From: Desulfobacteraceae bacterium
Lineage (GTDB): Bacteria > Desulfobacterota > Desulfobacteria > Desulfobacterales > JAABSP01
Length of the DNA: 56,705 nt
Reading direction: 5' to 3'
Assembly: GCA_011390135.1 (NCBI GenBank)
Contig: JAABSZ010000006.1
Coordinates: forward strand, 1-56,705
Shown here: one piece after another, positions 27,786 to 37,809 of the stretch
Layout of the letters: every line of letters begins with the position of its first letter
Position numbering within the stretch: position 1 is the first letter of the stretch
Position numbers and translations under genes: made by a program
Notes under the pieces: model-generated
Told to the model about the DNA's origin: nothing
What the model saw: only the letters and a program-made list of their open reading frames with translations
The model's database searches: none

Positions 27786-30700
27786 TGGGCCGCCTCCTCT
27801 TTCTGAGCGGTTCGGCCGGCGCCGTCTTCGGCTTCGGTTGCCGCGTCGATGGCAGCCAGCATTCCGGCCAGGGTGAAGCCCTCGAGTACGGCTGCGCTGT
27901 TGGGGCAGATGGCCGCGCAGGCCCCGCACCCCTGACACATGGCCGGGTGGATGATGATCTGGTCTGTTTCCGGGTTCAGGGTTCGGGCGCCGTAGGGGCA
28001 GGCGTCGATGCACTGGCCGCATCGGGCGCAGTAGGCGTGGCGCACCTTGGCCGTCACCCGGGCCGGGGTCAGATGGGGCCGGCAGAGTATCCGCAGGGCA
28101 CGGTGGGCCGCGGCCTCGGCTGTGGCAATGGTCTCGGGAACCGATCGGGGGGCCTGGGTCAGGCCGCAGGCAAAAATACCCTCCTTCAGGGCATCCACGG
28201 GCCGCCATTTGGCGTCGGCCTCCTGGAAGAAGCCGTTGGTGTCGATCTGGGCGCCGTATCCCGCGGCCAGTTCCGGCGGCAAGTCTGGGGTGATGCCGGT
28301 GGCCAGCACCAGCAGATCGGTTTCGATTTCCAGGGGCCGGCCGATCACCGGCTCATGAACTTTCACGATGAGGCCCGCTTCCGTAAACTCGACTTCGGGC
28401 TTTGCCGTCACCTCGTAGGAGATGAAGATCACTCCGGAACGGCGGGCCCGGGTGTAGTAGGTCTCCAGGAATCCGTAGGCCATCATGTCCCGGTAGAGGA
28501 CATAGACGGCCGTTTCGGGATTCTCCTCCCGGATGCGCAGTGCGTGCTTCAAAGAACCCGCGCAGCAGACCCGGCTGCAGTAATTGCGCGGGGCCTCCCT
28601 GGAGCCGACGCACTGGATCATCACAACAGAGCCGAGCTTTCCGATGTCGATTTCGCCCTTCTTCAGCCGGGTCTCCAGCTCCTTTTGCGTCACCACGGCA
28701 TCGGATGTTCCGTGGCCGTAGGCGGTTGTCTCGGCCTCCCGGCCGCCGGCGGCCAGGATCACCGCGCCATGTTCAAGGGTTTCATGTTTGGGGCTTTCAT
28801 GTTTGGGAGATTCGGGGCAGTCTTCGGCCGTTTCGATCACGCTGACGAAATCTCCGGCCTCGCCGGATGCACCGATAACCGTTGCACGGGTCCGGACCTC
28901 GATTTTCGGATGGGTCGTCACTTTCTCCGACATCTCCTCCAGCAGGGGGCTGAAGGGGTCCCCCTCGATGGTCCGTTCCAGCCAGTTCAGATTGCCCCCG
29001 AGTTTTTCAGAGCGCTCCACCAGATCCACGGGAAAACCGTGATCCGCGATGGCCAGGGCAGCGGTCATCCCCGCTATGCCGCCTCCCACCACCAGCGCAC
29101 GCTGATGGTTCGGAAGGCTCGGTTCCCTTTCCGGTTCCACCCGCTTGAGCCGCTCCGCGGCCATGGTCAGCAGGTGGCGGGGCAGTCCGGCTCCCCGGAT
29201 GTCAACCGCCTCCATATAGATAGGGTCAAGCCCCGTCTCCCGCGCCAGCGCTTTCAGACGCCGGGCATGAATAAAGGGCAGACAGGCCCCCACCAGCACC
29301 CGGTTGGGAGCGGATTCCCTTATTCTCTTGCAGAGCCCATTCCAGCCGGCTTCGGTACAGAGGGCATCAAAGCTTCTCACTTCGGCCACCTCCGGGTCGG
29401 CTTTGAGCCGGGCCGCGGCATCCGGGTTATTCTCCAATGGGTTCGATTCGAAGCAGTTGCAGAGGGCGGCCATGATCCTCGGTGTCTCCGAAGCCACATC
29501 CCGGTATTCTTCTGTTTCGGATACGGCCTCCCCCAGCCCGCCCCCGGTGCTGTGGATGACCCGGGAGGCGCGGTTGGCCGCGGCCCCGGCCCGGATCAGG
29601 GTCTCGTTGATATCCATGATCCCGCCGAAGGAGCCGCCGATAAAGATCCCCTCCCGCTCGGTCCGGGTGAGGGAGAGGGGTTTGGTGGCCATGTATCCCC
29701 ACGGGTTGAGGGGGATGTCGAGCATCTCGGCCATCTCGGCCATGCCGGTCATGGGCCGATGGCCTGCCGAGAGTACGGCCATGTCGAAATGGTCGTCGTG
29801 GCCCACGGATTCGTAGTCCGAATTTCTCACAATCAGGTCGCCTGATTCTTCTTCCCGAAAGATCGAATGGACCCGGGCCCGGCGGAATTTCACGCCCATC
29901 TCCTCGGCCTTGTCCCGATACTGCTGATACGGTTTGCCGTAGGTTCTAAGATCCATGTAGAAGATGGACGCGTCGATCTGCCCCCCGCTCTTCTCTTTTG
30001 CCAGCATGGCCTGCTTGAGCGCGAACATGCAGCAGATGGAGGAGCAGAAATCGGCTTCGATCTGCAGGTTGCGCGATCCGACACACTGCATCCACGCGAT
30101 CCGCTCGACAGGCTTGCCGTCGGCCCGCACCAGGGGCCCGCCGGAAAGGGGGCCCGTGCCGGAAAGGAGCCGCTCGAACTCGATGGCCGTCACCACGTTG
30201 GGAATCACGCCGTGGCCCCACAGATTTCGGCCTTGGGCCGGAGAGAAAAGGCGGGTGCCGCCGCAGAGGACCACCGCGCCCACCAAAAGCTCGTCGGCCG
30301 GGTCCGCGTCCAGATCCCCGTAGATGGAGACGATCCTGGGAATTAGAACGTCCGTCTCAAAGGGCTTGATCAGGTAGTCCAGGGCCCCGATCTTCATGGC
30401 CTCGACCGCGGTATCCACGGCCGCGTATGCGGTCATCATCACCACGCAGATCTCCGGATCGATCTCCTTGGCCCGGCGCAGGGCCTCCACGCCGTCCATC
30501 TCCGGCATCTTGATGTCCAGCAGCATCAGCCGGTACGGCGATTCGGCCTCGGCCATCTTCGTCAGGGCCTCGGGGCCCGAGGCTGCCGTCTCCACACCAA
30601 AGCCCTCCTCTTCGTGGAGCCACTCCTTCAGCGATTCCCGCACGATCTCCTCATCATCCACCACCAGGATGCGGAAGGCCTCCCGGCGCTTCGACATCAG

Positions 30701-31249
30701 GCGGATGGCTCCGGTGGTACAGGCGTCCAGGCAGGCGCCGCACCGGTTGCAGGCGTCGGTGTCGATGACATAGGGGGCGCAGGCCGCGTGGGGCACGGGG
30801 CGGTAGATCGCCTTCCTTTGGCTCAATCCCGCGTTGAAGGCGTCCGGAACCGAGACTGGGCATACTTCCGCGCACGCGCCGCACCCGATGCATCGGGAGG
30901 GGTCCACCAGCGCGGGCCGGCGGCGAAGCGAGGCCGTGAAATTCCCGGCATCGCCCGAAAGCTCCGCCAGCTCCGTTCCCGGCAGGATTTCGATGTTGTC
31001 GTGATAGAAGCCCCGGCGCAGGCACTGCTGGGAGCCGGCGTCCCGATCCATCAGGGGCAGCATCCTGCACATGCCGCACCGGTCCGACGGGAACTGGTGA
31101 TCCAGTTGGGTCAGAATCCCGCCGATGTAGGGGGAGCGGTCGATGAGCGTCACCCGGACCCCGGTCTCGGCCAGATCCAGCGCTGCCCGGATGCCGCCGA
31201 TGCCGGCGCCCACCACCAGGCCCCTTCCGATCTTGGTCGGCAATCTCAT
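27782..31249 (-). CDS. hdrA: Tandem HdrA-like FAD/FeS protein with an internal response-regulator receiver domain
   Basis: Two FAD modules (GAGIGG, GGGIAG), two QCVGSR/CSxxCC motifs and ferredoxin motifs; REC at about 30320-30675. Confidence 0.9.
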   Translation of the reverse strand: MRLPTKIGRGLVVGAGIGGIRAALDLAETGVRVTLIDRSPYIGGILTQLDHQFPSDRCGMCRMLPLMDRDAGSQQCLRRGFYHDNIEILPGTELAELSGDAGNFTASLRRRPALVDPSRCIGCGACAEVCPVSVPDAFNAGLSQRKAIYRPVPHAACAPYVIDTDACNRCGACLDACTTGAIRLMSKRREAFRILVVDDEEIVRESLKEWLHEEEGFGVETAASGPEALTKMAEAESPYRLMLLDIKMPEMDGVEALRRAKEIDPEICVVMMTAYAAVDTAVEAMKIGALDYLIKPFETDVLIPRIVSIYGDLDADPADELLVGAVVLCGGTRLFSPAQGRNLWGHGVIPNVVTAIEFERLLSGTGPLSGGPLVRADGKPVERIAWMQCVGSRNLQIEADFCSSICCMFALKQAMLAKEKSGGQIDASIFYMDLRTYGKPYQQYRDKAEEMGVKFRRARVHSIFREEESGDLIVRNSDYESVGHDDHFDMAVLSAGHRPMTGMAEMAEMLDIPLNPWGYMATKPLSLTRTEREGIFIGGSFGGIMDINETLIRAGAAANRASRVIHSTGGGLGEAVSETEEYRDVASETPRIMAALCNCFESNPLENNPDAAARLKADPEVAEVRSFDALCTEAGWNGLCKRIRESAPNRVLVGACLPFIHARRLKALARETGLDPIYMEAVDIRGAGLPRHLLTMAAERLKRVEPEREPSLPNHQRALVVGGGIAGMTAALAIADHGFPVDLVERSEKLGGNLNWLERTIEGDPFSPLLEEMSEKVTTHPKIEVRTRATVIGASGEAGDFVSVIETAEDCPESPKHESPKHETLEHGAVILAAGGREAETTAYGHGTSDAVVTQKELETRLKKGEIDIGKLGSVVMIQCVGSREAPRNYCSRVCCAGSLKHALRIREENPETAVYVLYRDMMAYGFLETYYTRARRSGVIFISYEVTAKPEVEFTEAGLIVKVHEPVIGRPLEIETDLLVLATGITPDLPPELAAGYGAQIDTNGFFQEADAKWRPVDALKEGIFACGLTQAPRSVPETIATAEAAAHRALRILCRPHLTPARVTAKVRHAYCARCGQCIDACPYGARTLNPETDQIIIHPAMCQGCGACAAICPNSAAVLEGFTLAGMLAAIDAATEAEDGAGRTAQKEEAAQ

Positions 31250-32436
31250 GAGGCCACCTCCTTCCCGGGTTTTGGAATCGGGGCGATGCCCACCACCTCC
31301 GGGAACTCCTTCTCTTTGAAGACGGTCAGAGGCGGGGGCTCGTCAATGCTTCGGCCCGCCTCGTAGTCGAAAGCGGCCTGGGTTCGATGGGCCACGGTTT
31401 TGAATATCTCCATTACCGGGATATCGTTGGGGCAGGCGTTGGTGCATTGGCCGCACCCGACACACGCGGTGCTCATGTGGGCAAGGCGGGTGAGATGGTA
31501 GAAAACGGTATCCGTGGGCAGCTTTACCGCGCCCTTGCGATTGGCCCAGTTCATGTACCGGATCGGCTCATGGTTGAAGACATCGGTGGCAAAAACGCAC
31601 TCCCGGCAGTAGCAGACAGGGCAGGCGACACGGCAGTTGTAGCAGTTGACGCAGGCTGCGAAATGGGCCGCTAGCTGATCCGGATTCGAAAGAATCTGAT
31701 CGGTTTCTGCAAACATCTTGTCCCGATGGGCGATTCTTTTCTCTAACAGCGCGGTCACGGCCTCCCCGGATGGGGGCTCGGCCTCGGGCAGGTTCAATGC
31801 CTTCAGCAGGTTTTCCCCCTTCCCGGTCTGGGCTAGAGCGAAGATTTCCTTTTTGGGGTCTGCGCCGAAGAGGGCGATGCGGATGTCCGCGCCATCGGGT
31901 ACAGGGTGGTCGCAGGATCGGCAGGCCGGGGCGATCTCTGTTCCGTCTATATCGGTTTCTCCCTCCTGGAGAAAGCGGTCCCAGAACCGCCGGGTCAGAT
32001 CCGGGCCGTCATGGCCGGCCAGCCGGCCGTAATCCCGGTTTCCGAACGCGCCGGGACAGTCCAGGCCGATGATCACCAGCTCGTCCATGCTGCCCTGCCG
32101 GAGCTTCACCAGCTCGATGAATGCCCGGATCTCACAGGGTCGCAGCACCGCGGCCACGGTCCTGCCGATGGGCTTTGCCGTGAGCCGGGAGACGAGCCGG
32201 GCTCCGTTCAGGGGAAAGGCGGGGGCCAAAGGATCGACCCTCTCCATCCGGTCCGGGGCCTCATTCGAGCTGTGGATAAGCCCCGGCATGATCCGCACCC
32301 CCGAGGGGAGGCGGCAGGGGGCCAGCAGCGCGTCGATTCCCTCTGCGGATAGAGCAGATCCCAGAAATCCCCGCAGGGCTGCCGGCAGATCCGCGGACGC
32401 GGTTTGGATTTTTGCGGTATATCGTGTTGCGCTCAT
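31246..32436 (-). CDS. FdhB/FrhB-like iron-sulfur subunit
   Basis: LRPCEIRA, IGLDCPG, CVNCYNCRVACPVCYC, CVGCGQCTNACP. Confidence 0.85.
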   Translation of the reverse strand: MSATRYTAKIQTASADLPAALRGFLGSALSAEGIDALLAPCRLPSGVRIMPGLIHSSNEAPDRMERVDPLAPAFPLNGARLVSRLTAKPIGRTVAAVLRPCEIRAFIELVKLRQGSMDELVIIGLDCPGAFGNRDYGRLAGHDGPDLTRRFWDRFLQEGETDIDGTEIAPACRSCDHPVPDGADIRIALFGADPKKEIFALAQTGKGENLLKALNLPEAEPPSGEAVTALLEKRIAHRDKMFAETDQILSNPDQLAAHFAACVNCYNCRVACPVCYCRECVFATDVFNHEPIRYMNWANRKGAVKLPTDTVFYHLTRLAHMSTACVGCGQCTNACPNDIPVMEIFKTVAHRTQAAFDYEAGRSIDEPPPLTVFKEKEFPEVVGIAPIPKPGKEVAS

Positions 32437-32470
32437 GGGAACCTCCTTGCCAATGCGCTGATAAATTCGG

Positions 32471-32890
32471 TTAGATGGCCATCTCCAGGGGCCGGTTGGG
32501 CCCCAGTTCCCGAACCTGGTCCGCCAGCTCCCGCATGATCTGCGCGAACTGGATGCCGTCACTGGCGCCGATCCAGGTAAGCCGCAGCCGCTCCGGGGCC
32601 ACACCGAACCGGGGCAGGATCTCCTTGAGCAGCCGGATGCGCCGCCGGGCCTTGTAATTGCCGTTGATGTAATGGCAGTCGCCGGGATGGCAGCCGCTCA
32701 CCAGCACCGCGTCGGCCCCGTCCATGAAGGCCTTGATCACATACTGGGGATCCACCATGCCGGTACACATCACCCGGATCAGCCGCGTATTGGGCGGATA
32801 GGAGAGCCGGGATGTGCCGGCCAGGTCGGCCGCGGTGTAGGTACACCAGTTGCAGACAAATGCGATGATGAAGGGTTCAAAATCCTGCAT
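32471..32890 (-). CDS. mvhD: MvhD-like 2Fe-2S hydrogenase delta subunit
   Basis: FVCNWCTY, RVMCTG, GCHPGDCHY. Confidence 0.95.
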   Translation of the reverse strand: MQDFEPFIIAFVCNWCTYTAADLAGTSRLSYPPNTRLIRVMCTGMVDPQYVIKAFMDGADAVLVSGCHPGDCHYINGNYKARRRIRLLKEILPRFGVAPERLRLTWIGASDGIQFAQIMRELADQVRELGPNRPLEMAI

Positions 32891-32959
32891 GGCGCCTCCT
32901 TGCGGATCGGATTGTTTCAATGGAATGTTTTGATCTTTTTCAGGCTTCATTTTCATCTA

Positions 32960-35900
32960 TTATCGGCCCACCGCATAGAGCGCGTCCATGATCCCCTCGA
33001 ACTCGGCAAAGACCTGCTCCTTGCGGAAATGGCGAATCCGGGCCGCGCCGCTGGGACATGCCCCCGCGCAGCTTCCGCACCCCTTGCAGACCGCCTCGTT
33101 GACCACGGATATGCCCCGCCGGGCCTCAAAGGTGATGGCTCCGTAGGGGCAGAGCCCCACACACATCTGACACCCCGCGCAGATGTCCGGGTCGATCCAG
33201 GAGATGGCCGACGGAACCGTCACCCGTCCCCGGGTCGCGAGGGAGAGCGCCTTTGCGGCCGCGCCCGATGCCTGGGAGACCGTGTCCGGAATATCCTTGG
33301 GGGACTGGCATGCGCCCGCGATAAAGACCCCGTCCGTTGCGGTGTTGAGGGGGCCCAGCTTGGGATGCTCCTCCAGAAAAAAGCCGTCCGCGCCCTGGTT
33401 CACTCCGAAGATCCGGCCCACGTCGGCCGTCTCCTTCCGTGGCTCCATGGCCGCGCACAGGACAACCATATCGACCGGGATTCGGAGGGTTCGCCCCAAA
33501 AGGGTATCCTCCGCGATGCAGATCAGCTTGCCGGTTTCGGCCGGGGTTCTGGCATGGTCCGTGATCTCGGCCACCTTTCCCCGGATGAAGATGGTTCCCT
33601 CCTCCTGACACCGACGGTAGAACTCCTCATACCCCTCGCCGAAGCAGCGCATGTCGATGTAGAAGTCATACACTTTGGCATGGTGTCCCACCTTCTCCTT
33701 GATGAGATGGGAATACTTTAGGGCATACATGCAGCAGACCCGGGAGCAGTATTCATGATACCGAACGTCCCGGCTGCCGATGCAGTGGAGCAGGGCCACG
33801 CTCCGGGGGGGATGTGAGAATCGCCCGTTTTCATCCCGCATCAGGATCTTGCCGCCGGTGGGGCCTGTGGCGTTGCTCAATCGCTCGAACTCCAGGCTGG
33901 TGAAGACGTTGGAATAGCGGCCGTAGCCGAATGGCTTCATGGGGGTAGGGTCCATCTGGTCGTATCCGGTGGCCAGGATGATGCCGCCCACCTTTACCTC
34001 GTCTCTGGCTTCGACCATGTCATGTTCCACAGCCCTGGCCTCACAGGCGTTCACGCACTCCATGCACTCGCAGCATCCGCCGCAGTTGAGGCATCGCTCT
34101 GCTTCGGCTTTGGCATCGGCCTCGGAAAGGCCCGTATCCGCCTCTGCAAAGGTTCCCGCACGCGCTTCCGGGGCCAGATGGGCCGGAGCCCGGCGGGGGG
34201 ACAGGGGCAGATCCCTGGGGATGGGCAGGTAGTCGAACTCGGCCCCATCGGCTTCGGCTCCGGTTTCACCAGTTGTCTCCGCATCTTCGGCGCCCGGCAT
34301 CCGCGCGGTTCCTGTGGTAAGATACCGGTCCATTGCAGATGCAGCCCGATGGCCCGCGGCCACGGCCGCCACCACGGTCGCCGGCCCGCTCACCGCATCT
34401 CCGCCGGCAAAGAGATAGGGAAGGCCGGTCTGGAGGGTCTCCGGGTCCGTTTCGATCAGACCCCGACGGCTCCAGGCCATCTCCGGAATCTCTTTGGCCC
34501 AGGGCGCGTCGGTTCGCTGGCCGATGGCCGGGATCACCCGGTCGCACCAAAGCACATACTCGGAACCGTCCACCGGCACCGGCCGGCGCCGGCCGCTCTC
34601 ATCGGGCGGCCCCAGCTTATTGACCACGCATTCCAGCCCCGTCACCCGGCCCTCTTCTATCAAAATCCGGACCGGCGCGGTGAGAAAGGCAAATTCGATC
34701 CCCTCCTCCCGTGCGGCTCTGATCTCCTCCGGGTAGGCCGGCATCTCGGCCTCGGAGCGGCGATAGACCAGCGTCACCTTTTCCGCGCCCAGCCGCAGGG
34801 CAACCCGCGCCGCGTCAATGGCCACATTCCCGCCGCCGATAACGGCCGCCGATTTTCCGATCTTTCCGGCCCACGTCTCTTCCCTCAGATTGACCTCCGG
34901 CAGATTGACCTCCCGCAGGAATCGGACTGCGTCCACTACCCCGTCCGCTTGGTCCTCTCCGGGAATATTGAGCCGCAGCGCACCATGGGCCCCGATACCC
35001 ATAAAAACAGCCTCATATCCGGCCTCCTTCAGATTTCCAATAGAGCGATCCGCGCCGAACCGCACCCCGGTCTCGACTTCTATCCCCAGCCGCAGGATCG
35101 CGTCGATCTCCGCATCCAGGATCTCCGGGGGCAGCCGATAGTCCGGAATTCCGGCCCGCAGCATCCCTCCCAGCCGGGGCAGGGCCTCGAAGATCGTCAC
35201 GCGGTATCCCTTCAATCGCAGATCGTGGGCCGCGGTCAGTCCGGCCGGCCCCGAGCCGATCACCGCCACTTTTTTGCCGTTCTCCTCGATCTCAGGAATG
35301 GGCAGGGCCGAAACGTCGATCCGGTCGGCCGCAAACCGCTTCAGCTCCCGGATCGCAATCGGATCATCCACCTCGCTCCGCCGGCAGGCATCCTCGCACG
35401 GATGGGGGCAGACCCGGCCCAGCACCCCGGGAAAAGGGAGCCGCTCCCGGATGATCTCATAGGCCCGCGCGTAGTTGCCGGTCTTCACCATCTGCACATA
35501 CCCCTGCACATTCACCCCTGCGGGACACGCGCCCCGACAGGGGGCCCGATCCCGCTTGTCGATGCAGTAGGTGATGGGCACGGCCTGGGGAAAGGCGCGG
35601 TAGATGGCCTTTCGCTCCCCCAGCCCCTGATCCCATTCGCTGGGAATCGTCACGGGGCAGACCTTGGCGCACTCGCCGCATCCGGTGCATTTAACCCCGT
35701 TCACATACCGGGGCTTCTGCAGGATGGTCGCGATGTAGTTGCCGATATACCCTGAGACATCCGTCACCTCGCTGTAGGCCAGAAGCGTAATGTTCGGGTT
35801 CTGGGCCACCTCCACCATCTTGGGAGTTCCGATGCAGGCAGCGCAGTCCAGGGTGGGAAAGGTCTTGTCGAACTGGAGCATGTGGCCGCCGATGGTGGTA

Positions 35901-36418
35901 TCCTTCTCCACCAGATAGACCCGATGCCCCGAGTTGCCGATATCGAGCGCGGCCTGCATCCCCGCGATGCCGCCGCCCACCACCAGCACATCCGGATGCA
36001 CCGAAACCTCCCGTGTGGAGAGCCGGTCATGGCGCCGCACCCGGCTGATGGCCCCGGCCACCAGGGTCTTGGCCTTGCGTGTGGCTGCGGTCTCATCCAG
36101 CGTCACCCACGAGACCTGCTCCCTCACCGATGCCATCTGAAAGAGATACGGGTTGAGATCGGCCCGCTCGCAGGCCCCCCGGAAGGTCTTTTCATGCAGC
36201 CGGGGCGAACAGGAGGCCACCACCACCCGGTTGAGGCCGTAATTCCTGATATCGGTCTCGATCATCTCCTGCCCCGGGTCCGAGCACATGAACTTATAAT
36301 CCCGCGCCACAGCCACGCCATCCAGCCCGCGCGCGAAGTCCGCAACCTCGGCCACATCGACCTTGTAGGCGATATTGATGCCGCAGTGGCAGATATAAAA
36401 TCCGATTCGGATCGACAT
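32960..36418 (-). CDS. hdrA: HdrA with an inserted GltD/NfnB-like NAD(P)H oxidoreductase module (HdrL-type)
   Basis: CHCGINI, ASCSP, TFPTLDCAAC, HCIGSR; insert with APCRGACP, GRVCPHPCE, GSGPAG, GGGNVAID, EAERCLNC. Confidence 0.92.
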   Translation of the reverse strand: MSIRIGFYICHCGINIAYKVDVAEVADFARGLDGVAVARDYKFMCSDPGQEMIETDIRNYGLNRVVVASCSPRLHEKTFRGACERADLNPYLFQMASVREQVSWVTLDETAATRKAKTLVAGAISRVRRHDRLSTREVSVHPDVLVVGGGIAGMQAALDIGNSGHRVYLVEKDTTIGGHMLQFDKTFPTLDCAACIGTPKMVEVAQNPNITLLAYSEVTDVSGYIGNYIATILQKPRYVNGVKCTGCGECAKVCPVTIPSEWDQGLGERKAIYRAFPQAVPITYCIDKRDRAPCRGACPAGVNVQGYVQMVKTGNYARAYEIIRERLPFPGVLGRVCPHPCEDACRRSEVDDPIAIRELKRFAADRIDVSALPIPEIEENGKKVAVIGSGPAGLTAAHDLRLKGYRVTIFEALPRLGGMLRAGIPDYRLPPEILDAEIDAILRLGIEVETGVRFGADRSIGNLKEAGYEAVFMGIGAHGALRLNIPGEDQADGVVDAVRFLREVNLPEVNLREETWAGKIGKSAAVIGGGNVAIDAARVALRLGAEKVTLVYRRSEAEMPAYPEEIRAAREEGIEFAFLTAPVRILIEEGRVTGLECVVNKLGPPDESGRRRPVPVDGSEYVLWCDRVIPAIGQRTDAPWAKEIPEMAWSRRGLIETDPETLQTGLPYLFAGGDAVSGPATVVAAVAAGHRAASAMDRYLTTGTARMPGAEDAETTGETGAEADGAEFDYLPIPRDLPLSPRRAPAHLAPEARAGTFAEADTGLSEADAKAEAERCLNCGGCCECMECVNACEARAVEHDMVEARDEVKVGGIILATGYDQMDPTPMKPFGYGRYSNVFTSLEFERLSNATGPTGGKILMRDENGRFSHPPRSVALLHCIGSRDVRYHEYCSRVCCMYALKYSHLIKEKVGHHAKVYDFYIDMRCFGEGYEEFYRRCQEEGTIFIRGKVAEITDHARTPAETGKLICIAEDTLLGRTLRIPVDMVVLCAAMEPRKETADVGRIFGVNQGADGFFLEEHPKLGPLNTATDGVFIAGACQSPKDIPDTVSQASGAAAKALSLATRGRVTVPSAISWIDPDICAGCQMCVGLCPYGAITFEARRGISVVNEAVCKGCGSCAGACPSGAARIRHFRKEQVFAEFEGIMDALYAVGR

Positions 36419-36432
36419 GGATTCCTCCTCCC

Positions 36433-36852
36433 TTATCCTGTTGTCCCGCCGGCCAGCTCCGACACGATGGCCAGCAGCTCCGCGGCCTCGGGCGGCTTGT
36501 TCAGAAAGGCCTCGGGCGGTGTCGGCGCACTGTCGGCCTGGGTCTTTTGAATCTTTTCAAAATGGTGATAGGTCTGCCAGTCCACCGAAGAGAGCAGCAC
36601 CACCGGAATCGTGCAAAGCTCCTTATGGCACTTGAGCCTGCGGAACATCACCGCCCCTCCCTGCATGGGCAGCGTGGCATCCAGAATGATCAATGCAGGC
36701 CGAATCCGCTCTGCGGTATCCAGCCCCTCGGCGCCGCTCCCGGCAACCACGGGCTTAAACCCTGCGGATTCCAGCAGCGTGGAGAGGAAGACCTGCATCT
36801 CGAGTTCCTCGTCCACGATCAAGACTGTTTTGTTCCCGGTTTGCGGAGACAC
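36433..36852 (-). CDS. Stand-alone response regulator receiver protein
   Basis: LIVDEE, ILD, LLSS, NKPP; probable GTG start at 36852 with RBS gaggag. Confidence 0.85.
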   Translation of the reverse strand: MSPQTGNKTVLIVDEELEMQVFLSTLLESAGFKPVVAGSGAEGLDTAERIRPALIILDATLPMQGGAVMFRRLKCHKELCTIPVVLLSSVDWQTYHHFEKIQKTQADSAPTPPEAFLNKPPEAAELLAIVSELAGGTTG

Positions 36853-36937
36853 TTTTTGGGCTCCTCTGGGGTTGGGTTGGTTGATCGCGCCTTTGCCCTT
36901 TTCCGGCAGATGGGGGCGCACGCTGTTTTATGAGATA

Positions 36938-36952
36938 GCATAAAGTGTGCCA
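36938..36952 (-). promoter_or_regulatory. Sigma-54 promoter of the hdr operon
   Basis: Minus strand TGGCACACTTTATGC matches TGGCAC-N5-TTGC spacing. Confidence 0.8.
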
Positions 36953-37121
36953 TATGGCGGTATATTGAGTCTTATTTGTTGTTATAACCGATGTTTAAAG
37001 TTGAAATATGGGGCGGTGCTGAAAAACGGCAGGGGGGGATAGCTGTTGCGGATGGAGAAATGAGAGGATGAGGAGAGAGGAAAATTCCTGCTGAAACGGG
37101 CCGATAGGCGGAGTGCCGGGG

Positions 37122-37146
37122 CGTTGTGCAACGGTTTGTGCAACGG
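37122..37146. promoter_or_regulatory. Candidate upstream activator site (ttgtgcaacgg x2)
   Basis: Direct repeat with 12-bp period, about 176-188 bp from the -24 element. Confidence 0.5.
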
Positions 37147-37282
37147 GGGGCGCGACGGACCGACTCTCTTTCTCATTTGAAAACCGATTGAAAAACGGCT
37201 ATGATGAAAGTCATAATTCGTAAACAGCCACAATTTGGAAAATTGGCTGGCGAATCAACTTAATTTGTAAGGTAAAGCAGAA

Positions 37283-37516
37283 ATGAATACCGCAAGTGAT
37301 CGTATTGTTGATGAAGCATTGTCCCTTCCGGTAGAGGAGAGGCTGAATCTGGTGGAAAAGCTCCTGATGAGTTTGAACCTTCCCATTGATGATGAAATCG
37401 ATCGTCTCTGGGCCGAAGAGGCCGAACGTCGCGTTTCTGAGATCGAAGAAGGGAAGGTGACACCGATACCAGGGGAAGCGGTTTTTGCCAGAATCTGGGA
37501 AAAGTATGGCAGATGA
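37283..37516 (+). CDS. Addiction module antitoxin (TIGR02574-like)
   Basis: ALSLPVEERLNLVEKLLMSL...WAEEAERR...IPGEAVF. Confidence 0.88.
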   Translation: MNTASDRIVDEALSLPVEERLNLVEKLLMSLNLPIDDEIDRLWAEEAERRVSEIEEGKVTPIPGEAVFARIWEKYGR

Positions 37517-37803
37517 ACTTCTATTTTCACGCAGATGCCGAAAGGGAATTTGACAAAGCTGTCGAATATTATGAATTTTGCCGTTCCGGTCTTGGCCTTG
37601 AATTCTCCTTTGAGGTTTATGCAGCGATCCACCGCATTCTGAAATATCCCGAGGCATGGACGCCGCTATCGGAAAATACCAGACGCTGTCTCGTAAAGCG
37701 TTTTCCCTTCGGCGTTGTCTATCAGATGAAGTCGGATCGAGCATACATCATCGCGGTTGCCGATCTTCGAAGGCGTCCGGATTATTGGTTGAAGCGGCTA
37801 TAA
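37513..37803 (+). CDS. RelE/ParE family toxin
   Basis: AEREF..AVEYY....GLG..F, RRCLVKRFPFGVVY, RRRPDYW; ATGA coupling. Confidence 0.9.
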   Translation: MNFYFHADAEREFDKAVEYYEFCRSGLGLEFSFEVYAAIHRILKYPEAWTPLSENTRRCLVKRFPFGVVYQMKSDRAYIIAVADLRRRPDYWLKRL

Positions 37804-37809
37804 AATCCC

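Noticed and set aside
26272-36418. Selenocysteine codons in hdrA/mvhD
   Set aside because: The positions often recoded (TLDCAAC, CNWC, GCHPGDC) are ordinary Cys and the ORFs are uninterrupted.
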